Positions 1 to 8,383 of a stretch of 64,000 nt of DNA are shown here, in pieces. Position 1 is the stretch's first letter; every line of letters begins with the position of its first letter. The position numbers were made by a program, and so were the translations under genes. The stretch is from a virus. The notes beneath the pieces were generated by a model. It searched no databases. It saw nothing but the letters and a program-made list of their open reading frames with translations, and was not told the DNA's origin. Where the stretch lies: the IMG/VR virus record IMGVR_UViG_3300044631_000551, positions 1-64,000 of that record; one strand, given 5' to 3'.

Positions 1-1795
1 GTAGATATGGCTCAACTAGGTTCTTGAATTGCGCACGAGTAAACTCGTCGTTGAATTCAAACAGAGCAAATTCAGCAGCAGTAGAAATCGCTTTCTCTAG
101 TACGATGAATAGACGGCGAACGTTGATGCGGTCAAACGCAGATGGTTTAGCCAACATAGTCTTGTCACCAAACAATACAGTACCACGTCCTGGGAAAGTT
201 ACAACTGGGTTTACACCGTTCTTGTAAAGTAGGTCGCGTTCTGCTTGGTTTGGATTAAAGTTTAGCTTAACTAGATTTTTAATCTGACCACGAGTGAAAC
301 CAGCTGGTGAGAACCATGGGTCACGAGTTTCATCAGTTCTTGCGCATAGACCAGCGATGTCGCCGTTTAGTGGGATGTAGCGATAAACGTCGTTATAGCG
401 GTCATACTGATACTTGTAACCAGAATCGATTACAGCGTAAGAAGTTGACGATAGAGTATTGCGGAAAGTTACGATAGAATCAGCTGAAGTCGAGCGAGTT
501 GGCGAAACGAAAGCCACGCAATCTTTACGAGTTTCAGCGATATTGTCGATTACATAGTTAGCAACACCCGAACCTGCTTTACCAGTCATGACTAGAGAAA
601 CGTCAACAACGTTCTTGTCTTTGAATAGGTCGTATGCAGTACCAAGATTTCCTAGTGTAACCGAACTTTCTGTCGAAGTATCGACACCATTCGAGAACGA
701 TAGAGTCATTGGTAGAGTTTGAGCTGAAGAAGCGACGCTTAGAGCAACAGCAGCTGGAGCACCAGCACGATGATTTGCCCAATAGATATACTCAGAGTCA
801 GTTGTAATTACATCTTTGTAGTATAAAGTCTGACCGTTTTCGCCCTTAGCGTTTGTAGCGCGGGATAGACCTTCAAATACTTCTAAAACAGCGTTCTTAG
901 TACCGCTGAATAGACCATCTTCGTCAACTACAACAATGTGTAGTTCGTCCTGTGCAAAAGTATTACCATAAGCAGCAACAAAGGTCGACTGTCCTGGAGC
1001 TTTATCTACTTCATTGTAGAATTCCCAGTAGCGAGTTAGTGCGTTTGAAGAGTTAGCGGTTGCGTTGGCAGAACCAGTAAACTTGCTATCGAAAGTAATT
1101 ACAGCTTGTGCACTGAATACGCTGGCGTTGCCAGTTTCAACAGCAGCACCAAGAGAAGCTACCTTTAGATATTGGCTCTGACCATTTACAACTAGATAAT
1201 CGCCAACTCTAATTTTACCGATGATGCTTGTAGCAGAAGTATTAGCAGCAGTGTTCGATACAGCAGAAACAACTCTTAAGTTAGCAGTTAGGCTGTTTGG
1301 AACAAGTGTTAGTGTGCCTTCAATAGTAGCAGCGCCATCTGTCATGTCTAGGGCATTGCTATAAGCATTTGCCGAGTCACAAACAGAGATCTTTAGTGAA
1401 TTACCTAGTGTACCAGCATAGCGAGCGTAGTAAACAGCGTTAGCGCCAGCAGAAATACCATCTTCATAATCTGCTAGATTTTTAATTTGAATCGTAGTTT
1501 CAGCAGCTGTGTTAGCCTGTGCGTTTCTAGCAGCTGTATCGATAGCACGAACAACATAAAGAGCGTTGCCGTATGCTAAGAAGTTAGCTGCAGTGTAGAA
1601 TGTTTCGAAATTGTCTGCGGTTGGCTTACCGAAAATCTTTACAAGAGAGTTTTCAGAACTGACTAACACGCGTTCTTCAGCTGGACCGAAGCTAAAAACG
1701 CCTGCAAACGCACCAACAGAAGCGGAAACTGCTGGTACAACGGTGGTCAGGTCAATTTCTCTTACATTGATACCTGGACTGACTTGGAATGCCAT
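1..1795 (-). CDS. gp18: Tail sheath protein (partial, runs off left edge)
   Basis: Not in ORF track. Begins MAFQVSPGINVREIDLTTVVPAVSASVGAFAG after an AAGGAG RBS; contains YIPLNGDIAG..PWFSPAGFTRG and FDRINVRRLFIVLEKAI, which are T4 gp18 motifs. Confidence 0.96.
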   Translation of the reverse strand, partial: MAFQVSPGINVREIDLTTVVPAVSASVGAFAGVFSFGPAEERVLVSSENSLVKIFGKPTADNFETFYTAANFLAYGNALYVVRAIDTAARNAQANTAAETTIQIKNLADYEDGISAGANAVYYARYAGTLGNSLKISVCDSANAYSNALDMTDGAATIEGTLTLVPNSLTANLRVVSAVSNTAANTSATSIIGKIRVGDYLVVNGQSQYLKVASLGAAVETGNASVFSAQAVITFDSKFTGSANATANSSNALTRYWEFYNEVDKAPGQSTFVAAYGNTFAQDELHIVVVDEDGLFSGTKNAVLEVFEGLSRATNAKGENGQTLYYKDVITTDSEYIYWANHRAGAPAAVALSVASSAQTLPMTLSFSNGVDTSTESSVTLGNLGTAYDLFKDKNVVDVSLVMTGKAGSGVANYVIDNIAETRKDCVAFVSPTRSTSADSIVTFRNTLSSTSYAVIDSGYKYQYDRYNDVYRYIPLNGDIAGLCARTDETRDPWFSPAGFTRGQIKNLVKLNFNPNQAERDLLYKNGVNPVVTFPGRGTVLFGDKTMLAKPSAFDRINVRRLFIVLEKAISTAAEFALFEFNDEFTRAQFKNLVEPYL

Positions 1796-1847
1796 CTTGT
1801 TTCTCCTTGTTCAAAATAGAGCCAGAAATATAATAATATTTGTAATA

Positions 1848-1855
1848 TATTTAGT
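1848..1855 (-). promoter_or_regulatory. Putative T4-type late promoter variant (ACTAAATA) for gp18
   Basis: Lies in the intergenic gap upstream of the sheath gene; the same ACTAAATA recurs at 37810-37817. Confidence 0.55.
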
Positions 1856-1866
1856 AAAATACGGTT

Positions 1867-3516
1867 TTAGAAGAATAATTCACGGTCGAAAGCAGACACA
1901 TAAACTTCGTCTTCGAAGTTCATTCCATCGTCGGCAAAGAACGGTAACATGTCGTCTTCCAGTTCTTTTTCTCGTTCTTCCATTAAGTTCTTTCTGACAT
2001 CGGTTTCTAATAAATCTTTGAAATAATTTTGATTTGTCATCCAAGCAAATAATACCAAACACATAACAAGATCGTCATGTTTACCATACTCGGCTTCGTA
2101 AGACGTCCCTTTACTTATAAAAGTAGAGAGTTCACTCAACAAATCGTAATCGTTGATTATCAATTTATTGTTCTCGATCAAAGCCTTCATGTTCAAACAA
2201 CCGACTCGCTTTGTAGGCTGAGTTGTCTTTAGACCAACTCTTGATTGTTTGTGAAATCCACCACCCAGAACCTGACCCTTACGACCAGTTTGAGTGATTC
2301 TCAGTACACCCTCGCACTCAAAATCTGAAATTAACATTTCGGCTATCTGCTGGCCAATGTCGTTAGTTTCAACTAAAATGGGACAAAAGTTATAGAACTT
2401 ATGGGATTCATTAATAAAGTGCGGGAACATCTGTGGTTCTACGTTGTTATCTCGATAGACCGCAGCCACTCTATATGGAAATTCGGTAACATCAACAACG
2501 ACGAATGTAGAGTAGTCACCGCCGACACCACGCGCCACGTCAGCCGTCATTACATAACGGTGTTCCGGATCTGGCATCGCATAGATTCTAGTAGAACCAT
2601 GAGTAGAAATAGGATCTTCATAGGTTAGTCGTTGCAAGCACTCAGCCGATAGTAGCGTATTACTAGAACCAAGGAACTCTACTTCGTATTCCTGACGGAA
2701 TTGCTCAGGTGAAGTATTGTTAATTGTTTCTTCTTTCCACTTCTCATCACGACCAGGATATTCAGACCAGTGAACGTCAACCGCTGTATAGCTGTTACGT
2801 TTCTTGACAGCGTCAGTCCACAGCTTGTAATACAGTTCCATACCATTTGGTGTGGATGTAATGATAATCTTGGTTTGCTTACCAGACGAAATAACTGGAT
2901 ATGTAGCGGTGAAGAACTTTAGCTGAATGTGTGGCGGAATGTGAGCAAATTCGTCGAGGTACAGGACCGAGATAGACTTACCACGAATAGCAGAACTTGA
3001 TGTAGGCGCACAGATAAACTTGGCACCATTTTCTAGTGCGAAGCTTCGTTTGTTCCAAGCTACAACACCTTGTTGCATCCACAATGGCAGGTTTTCGTAT
3101 GCCATTTGAATACGGTCAAGAATTTCCTGAGCCGTATCCATTTTGTTAGCGAGGATAGCGATATAGGATGGGTTGTCAGCAAACAAGCCTTCGTGTAACA
3201 ATAAGCCAGTCGCGGTGGTAGTTTTACCCATCTGGCGACCGCAACGAACAATAGTAAAGCGATTTTCTTTAGCAGCCTTAACAAACCGCTTCTGAAAGTC
3301 GAACATCTTAAAGTTGATTACACCCTCGTCAAGAGAGATAATCTTTACATATTTCTCACAGAAATAAATCGGATCTTCTTTACACTTTAGGTATTCTTCG
3401 ATTTGCCATGGTTGCCACTCGATTTGCATACCGACTGGCTTTAGAAGCGGATTTCCGTTTACACCATTATGTTCAATCTCAAAATCATAATCTTCTTCTT
3501 GCATCACTGCGCTCAT
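1867..3516 (-). CDS. gp17: Terminase large subunit
   Basis: Walker A GRQMGKTT, Walker B LYLDEFAH, STPNG motif, nuclease DVARG and HDDLVM. Confidence 0.97.
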   Translation of the reverse strand: MSAVMQEEDYDFEIEHNGVNGNPLLKPVGMQIEWQPWQIEEYLKCKEDPIYFCEKYVKIISLDEGVINFKMFDFQKRFVKAAKENRFTIVRCGRQMGKTTTATGLLLHEGLFADNPSYIAILANKMDTAQEILDRIQMAYENLPLWMQQGVVAWNKRSFALENGAKFICAPTSSSAIRGKSISVLYLDEFAHIPPHIQLKFFTATYPVISSGKQTKIIITSTPNGMELYYKLWTDAVKKRNSYTAVDVHWSEYPGRDEKWKEETINNTSPEQFRQEYEVEFLGSSNTLLSAECLQRLTYEDPISTHGSTRIYAMPDPEHRYVMTADVARGVGGDYSTFVVVDVTEFPYRVAAVYRDNNVEPQMFPHFINESHKFYNFCPILVETNDIGQQIAEMLISDFECEGVLRITQTGRKGQVLGGGFHKQSRVGLKTTQPTKRVGCLNMKALIENNKLIINDYDLLSELSTFISKGTSYEAEYGKHDDLVMCLVLFAWMTNQNYFKDLLETDVRKNLMEEREKELEDDMLPFFADDGMNFEDEVYVSAFDRELFF

Positions 3517-3947
3517 TCATCTGACTCCAGATTCTTGGCGCGTTCTTTTAGAAACTTTTGTAACTCAGCTGTTGATCCGACGAATAGATTATTGTTAACT
3601 GTTTTAGGCGAGCCTTCGGGTTGGACACCACGAGCCTTATCGATATCAATTTTTTTCTTGCGTGTTTCAAGCAAGTCTTTGTTGGTATCAGCTAGTGTTT
3701 TAATTAGCGTGGCAACCACTTCGTACGCACGAGGGTGCTCGCTATTCTTAGCAAGCATAATCAACTCATCAAGAGCCTTGTTTCCTTTCTTAGCGAGTTC
3801 TTGTAGATTTTTGCGCGCAAGCTCAAAGTCCTGCTCGGCATCGTTTGTTTCTTCGACGACCGCAGGAAGCTGTTCTTCTTTTTGTTCTTCAACCACAAGA
3901 GGATTCATTTCTAATGCTTTGGTCAAGTTATCCATAATACTGTTCAT
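3513..3947 (-). CDS. gp16: Terminase small subunit
   Basis: HPRAYEVVATLIK and NNNLFVGSTAELQKFLK motifs; directly upstream of gp17. Confidence 0.93.
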   Translation of the reverse strand: MNSIMDNLTKALEMNPLVVEEQKEEQLPAVVEETNDAEQDFELARKNLQELAKKGNKALDELIMLAKNSEHPRAYEVVATLIKTLADTNKDLLETRKKKIDIDKARGVQPEGSPKTVNNNLFVGSTAELQKFLKERAKNLESDE

Positions 3948-3950
3948 ATT

Positions 3951-4973
3951 TTATACGTCTTCTATCGTTACGATATAATCCCAGTCATCGGTGACCAAAA
4001 TGTATTCTTCGCTAATGCTCAACGAAGAATTAGCTGTACCAGTTCCTTTATAGGTTGACTGGTAGTTGTTTGCTACCAAGTTTGTGTTAAATGCAGAATC
4101 AACTCTCATGGATATATTATTGGCAATCGATGTAACGAGCTTGAATTGATTGGCAGCTTTTACATAATTACCAACTGCCATAGTTGTGGTAAATGAAGTT
4201 GCGGAACCTGTAACCAAATTTCCAGAAGAAGAAATCGTTCCAGCTAAGTTAGCTGTTGGCTCTAATCCTGGTCGGATTGTCACTTTTTCTAGAGCAGTGT
4301 TTGAAGTACCGATAGCTGTGTCAAATCCATCGATAAAGAAATTGACATTTGCCAACTTAATTAGTTTCTTAGTCTTTGTTGGACCAAAGAAGTAACACTT
4401 CATCGTAAAATCTAAAGTCCAGATTAAAGCACGGCGAGTTTCAAAATCTCCCTCGTACGTGTCGTCTGAAGAAACAGAAAGTAAAACGAGCGGGATATCT
4501 AACTTAATATCCATATCGTCTATTAGCTGAACGGTATTAGTCCACTCCGGAGTAAAGAATGGAAGGATCTGCTCAAGAATTTGAGTACCATCTTCCGCGT
4601 TCTTTACCATGATGCTTAGTTGAAAGTTTACATCGTATGGAACTGGCGCGTACATAATTGTACGATTGGTTCCATTGGTTCCAAGTGCAGTAAACTTCTT
4701 AATTGTGCTTAATTTGCGCTCACCAGCATACGTCATTGATGTCATCTCAAAGCCCATGCGTGGCAAAGAAACAGCGTCAGGTTTTCTTAGAGAAGGATCT
4801 GTTTCGATTCGAGCCAATAGTTTATCGCGTGGTGAATATGAAATAGGAACTTTAATTCGTTTATCAACTACGCCAGCAGTTGTTTTTCTTGAAACAACGA
4901 TGTTGTTGAACATCGTTCCGAATACAACGATATATCTGCGTAAATGTTCGTGGTAAAACTCGTGACCGAAAAT
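3951..4973 (-). CDS. gp15: Tail sheath stabiliser/terminator with C-terminal extension; probable ATT start at 4973
   Basis: KVPISY, LPRMGFE, PVPY..FQLSI, QILEQILPFF motifs. The in-frame FGHEFYHEHLRRYIVVFG upstream of the ORF-track ATG resembles the T4 gp15 N-terminus; AAGGAG sits 8 nt before ATT. Confidence 0.9.
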   Translation of the reverse strand: MFGHEFYHEHLRRYIVVFGTMFNNIVVSRKTTAGVVDKRIKVPISYSPRDKLLARIETDPSLRKPDAVSLPRMGFEMTSMTYAGERKLSTIKKFTALGTNGTNRTIMYAPVPYDVNFQLSIMVKNAEDGTQILEQILPFFTPEWTNTVQLIDDMDIKLDIPLVLLSVSSDDTYEGDFETRRALIWTLDFTMKCYFFGPTKTKKLIKLANVNFFIDGFDTAIGTSNTALEKVTIRPGLEPTANLAGTISSSGNLVTGSATSFTTTMAVGNYVKAANQFKLVTSIANNISMRVDSAFNTNLVANNYQSTYKGTGTANSSLSISEEYILVTDDWDYIVTIEDV

Positions 4974-4985
4974 GACACTTTCTCC

Positions 4986-5657
4986 TTAGTAGTTGTTGCC
5001 TTCACTGAATGGATCCATTTCACTAAAGTCAAGAATACCTGACTGACCATCGGTTTCAAACTCTTCATTTTGCGCTTGAATATCTGTTAGAGCCACAGAT
5101 GTAGACAAAGCAGTTCCAATATCAACATCTAGTTCAGAATAAATTTGGTCGATATCTGGAATACCAGTATCAAATGTTTCGTTGTTAAATTCAAACAACT
5201 CGCAAGTCATATCCCATGTTTGTAGTGAACCTAATTGATAGAATATGGCTTCGTGCTCAACAAACATAATCTTATACATTTTTCGAGTCAGTGGGAACCA
5301 GATTAAGTCGCCTTCTAGTGGACGTACCATATTCGATTCTTGTGTGAGAATTTCGCCAGCAAAACTACGACGCGAAACAGTAAAGGTAATTCGATCGCGA
5401 ATCTCGAGACCAAACTTCGACATAAAGTCGCCTTCGCCTTCAAATCCATCGACGTTTTTAATGTACATTTCGATAGGATGTGCGGTGTTGTAGGTCGCTA
5501 GTTCTTCTTCGCGGAACACAGTATCTCTGGCTACTACACGTTTCGGTAGATAATACAAATCAATACCGTAGATTTTAATTGATTCCACAACTAAATCTTC
5601 GATAAGGTTTTGCTCCATCGAAGATTGAAAATTGTTAAAGAAAAAGTTGGTGGCCAT
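4986..5657 (-). CDS. gp14: Neck protein
   Basis: EQNLIEDLVVESIKIYG.D.YYLP, SKFGLEIRD, RPLEGDLIWFP; synteny. Confidence 0.94.
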   Translation of the reverse strand: MATNFFFNNFQSSMEQNLIEDLVVESIKIYGIDLYYLPKRVVARDTVFREEELATYNTAHPIEMYIKNVDGFEGEGDFMSKFGLEIRDRITFTVSRRSFAGEILTQESNMVRPLEGDLIWFPLTRKMYKIMFVEHEAIFYQLGSLQTWDMTCELFEFNNETFDTGIPDIDQIYSELDVDIGTALSTSVALTDIQAQNEEFETDGQSGILDFSEMDPFSEGNNY

Positions 5658-6397
5658 TAGCCAATCATATCCATATTTGGAAGCGAATAGCTATTCAGCA
5701 TTTCTTCTTCCATCTTAGCAATTTCAGCAGCTGCGTCGTCTAAGATTTTCTCACCATTAAACTGAACGCCACCAGGAAGATTCAAACCAGTAAACTTGGT
5801 TAGATTTGAACCCCACTGATATTTGATTTTAGCAGTGCAGTAGTTCTGAAGCCAACGATCGCCCCAAGCGTCAGTCCATGTGTCTGGGTCGACGACTTCA
5901 TATGCTTCTACGATAATGTAATGACCGACATCAACTTTATCCCAATCCATATCGATATGTAAACGATCGCGATGGCGCTCGTAGCGAATTGGTTGTTTAC
6001 CGACTAGCAATTCTTCTAAGAACTGAATGTGTTGCATAGCCATAAAGTATGGCACCATTGACTGGCTGGTTAAAGTATACAAGTCATTAAGCGCAATCTG
6101 ATAACGAATATTGAATAGATTATTGGTATTGACTGCATCACCGATGTCAAAGATATTAATCGCGCCGATGATGTTCTCAGGCATGGTAATATACTTGTTG
6201 TCTTTATCAGGTTGAGTTACAAGGTGCTTGTAGTAGGTTCTGTGTGAACCGTCAAAGTGATAATCCCAGAAATAACGAATAGACTCGTCAATACGATCTT
6301 CGACTTGGTCGTCGTCGACGTTGATTTCGATGACTGGCTTACCCAGTTTACGAAGGCAATATTCTTTGAATTGAGCTCTGGTAGCAGGAACTGCCAT
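5657..6397 (-). CDS. gp13: Neck protein
   Basis: YCLRKLGKPVIEINVDDDQVEDRI and QWGSNLTKF.G..LPGGV motifs. Confidence 0.95.
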   Translation of the reverse strand: MAVPATRAQFKEYCLRKLGKPVIEINVDDDQVEDRIDESIRYFWDYHFDGSHRTYYKHLVTQPDKDNKYITMPENIIGAINIFDIGDAVNTNNLFNIRYQIALNDLYTLTSQSMVPYFMAMQHIQFLEELLVGKQPIRYERHRDRLHIDMDWDKVDVGHYIIVEAYEVVDPDTWTDAWGDRWLQNYCTAKIKYQWGSNLTKFTGLNLPGGVQFNGEKILDDAAAEIAKMEEEMLNSYSLPNMDMIG

Positions 6398-6411
6398 GTG
6401 TATTCTCCGTG

Positions 6412-7287
6412 TTATCCGAGGATATTATCTCGAATATCCTTTATCCAGTATTTAGTAGCTTCGCCATTTTGTTTTATTCTATTATAGGTCGAAGCTGGTA
6501 GATAATCCTCGACCTGTTCGGCATAATCTAGATAGATATCAAACGGATATCCGAACGTTTCTTCTGGATACAGATCTTCATATTTCTTGATAGCTGGCAT
6601 CCAAAAGTTAATTACGATAGATTTAGAAGCCTTGATGTTATGTATTACTGTTTCTCTAGCTGAAATGGCAGTACCAATTAACACGTCGTGCTTCATATTA
6701 TAATGACGAGGTAGATTGGACTGTTGCTTGGTATTCGTTAGTTCTTGTAATAATGCACCATCAACAGCAGGAATTTCTTCAACCTTATCCATATTTACAG
6801 CAAAGACATTAGCATCAAACGCGCTATCGTTTTTAGGAAGCCCAATCATGTGGTACATGTTTAGTCGTTTGTTATCGCCATAGACACGAGGTTTGCTAAT
6901 TGCCAGTCTATGAGTTTCTAGAAGATCTATAATTTCATTTGTAAATGGATCTTTAAGAATCAATGCGCCAGCTGAGACAATAAAATGTTTTCCTTTACTA
7001 TTAAGACCAGCCAATACATCTATCGTAGAACTAACAGTATTGTTTTGATCCCAATCGTCAACTACGAACACTTCTGTTCCACAGAAATTAGTGACTAGTT
7101 TATCATAGTCTTTGAATATCTCAAACTCAGAACTTTTGTGAATGTTCTCTTCGTACATTTTATTGTACTTATCAACTTGAGATCTTGGCACCAAAACTAC
7201 TAGCTTATCGTGCGAAGAGTTCTTTAGGGCTGATTTGATTGTTAGAAACGAACCATGGTGCGTTGCTATAATAACTAAAGTTTTCAT
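6412..7287 (-). CDS. Hypothetical protein, degenerate GT8-like glycosyltransferase fold
   Basis: FDANVFAVNMDK resembles GT8 FNAGVLLINLxxW; LPRHYN and IVINF resemble GT8 C-terminal motifs; the expected DxD appears as SAG. Confidence 0.45.
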   Translation of the reverse strand: MKTLVIIATHHGSFLTIKSALKNSSHDKLVVLVPRSQVDKYNKMYEENIHKSSEFEIFKDYDKLVTNFCGTEVFVVDDWDQNNTVSSTIDVLAGLNSKGKHFIVSAGALILKDPFTNEIIDLLETHRLAISKPRVYGDNKRLNMYHMIGLPKNDSAFDANVFAVNMDKVEEIPAVDGALLQELTNTKQQSNLPRHYNMKHDVLIGTAISARETVIHNIKASKSIVINFWMPAIKKYEDLYPEETFGYPFDIYLDYAEQVEDYLPASTYNRIKQNGEATKYWIKDIRDNILG

Positions 7288-8186
7288 TCTTTGTGCTTGT
7301 ATGTTTCTTTCATGTGAGTAAAATACTTATCGATTCGTTCCTGATAGTTGTCGTGATATACACAGACAAATCCAGATTCAGGGTGCGAAAACAAAGCAGC
7401 GAGCTTATTGTAAAGTGTATCCTTGACGCCACAGCGGTCAAGAGCATTGTAAACGTGTTCGAATGTTCCACGACCTTTGCGTTCTTTTAGATCGATAAGA
7501 CCAAGTTTCTTTCCTAAGATAGTAGCTGATAATCCAGTTTCAGAACTCATACAGAAGTATGCTTTTTCGCATTTCTTTAGAAGTGGATACAGAGCCACGT
7601 CATTATTGATACACTTGTCACCCCAACGTTTCATCAGCATGGTCTGCCAAACCTTAGCAGTAATCGGATGCAGTTTAACATATGCGCCATCGGCTACGAG
7701 CTGATCAATTTTTTCCATGTCACACCATCCGCCCTCTTTAGTCAGCAGATTAGTTCCAGGAAGAATTACAAGTTCTTTTACAGGTAGATCGCTTTCTTCG
7801 TCAAGCAAATACTTGTCAGTTAGATTAGCTTTCAGTTTAGCAACAATAGCAAGACCTTCTTCGGTTGGTCCTTTTTTAATCACATTGATCAAATTCTGAA
7901 CAGAAATCGTAGAGTTACATGGCGAAATCATTACAACTTTAGTCAACAAATCTGTATACTTGTAGCCATGAATGCGATCTTTAGGTGATTCGTACGAGAT
8001 ATCGTATTCAATCTTAACACCATTTATAGTCTTAGGAATCAACTTAGAGATGTTTGCTAGTTCGTCGTTTTCATCAGAACGTAGTGCATTTCCAGTTTTC
8101 ATAAAATGTGTAACTGAGTCGCCGAGCCATTCGTTCGACGACATGTACATAAATGGTTTCTTTTTCTTTTTGACTTCTTCTACCAT
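7284..8186 (-). CDS. KpsS/KpsC-like (Capsule_synth) GT-B glycosyltransferase-like protein
   Basis: YVKLHP and LLKKCEKAYFCMSSETGLSATILGKKL resemble the KxHP and LL..ad.V.T..StvG.EAll.GKpV motifs of capsule-synthesis transferases. Confidence 0.55.
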   Translation of the reverse strand: MVEEVKKKKKPFMYMSSNEWLGDSVTHFMKTGNALRSDENDELANISKLIPKTINGVKIEYDISYESPKDRIHGYKYTDLLTKVVMISPCNSTISVQNLINVIKKGPTEEGLAIVAKLKANLTDKYLLDEESDLPVKELVILPGTNLLTKEGGWCDMEKIDQLVADGAYVKLHPITAKVWQTMLMKRWGDKCINNDVALYPLLKKCEKAYFCMSSETGLSATILGKKLGLIDLKERKGRGTFEHVYNALDRCGVKDTLYNKLAALFSHPESGFVCVYHDNYQERIDKYFTHMKETYKHKE

Positions 8187-8200
8187 AACAAAATCCTCGA

Positions 8201-8356
8201 TTATTTTTCTAAATCTTTTACTCGTTTTTTCAACGATTTAATTTCTTTCTCGATATCAATCATTTTCTGTAGAACTACTTCTACGAAAGATTCGAGTTTG
8301 CGATTTACCATATCGACGTTCACTGGAGCGCCATTTTCATCAGTTTGTATATTCAT
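8201..8356 (-). CDS. Small coiled-coil protein (51 aa, MNIQTDENGAPVNVDMVNRKLESFVEVVLQKMIDIEKEIKSLKKRVKDLEK)
   Basis: Not in ORF track; strong AAGGAG RBS; fills the gap between neighbours; AATAAATA upstream at 8378-8385. Confidence 0.75.
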   Translation of the reverse strand: MNIQTDENGAPVNVDMVNRKLESFVEVVLQKMIDIEKEIKSLKKRVKDLEK

Positions 8357-8383
8357 AATATTCTCCTTTTCATATTATATTTA

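Noticed and set aside
1867-3516. Intein or intron in terminase or other core genes
   Set aside because: Lengths are normal and motifs are contiguous; no homing endonuclease seen
4914-4988. Stop-codon read-through fusing gp14 to gp15 (they are in the same frame)
   Set aside because: The stop is TAA and a strong SD precedes the ATT at the position homologous to the gp15 start; independent initiation is simpler. No sign of genome-wide recoding
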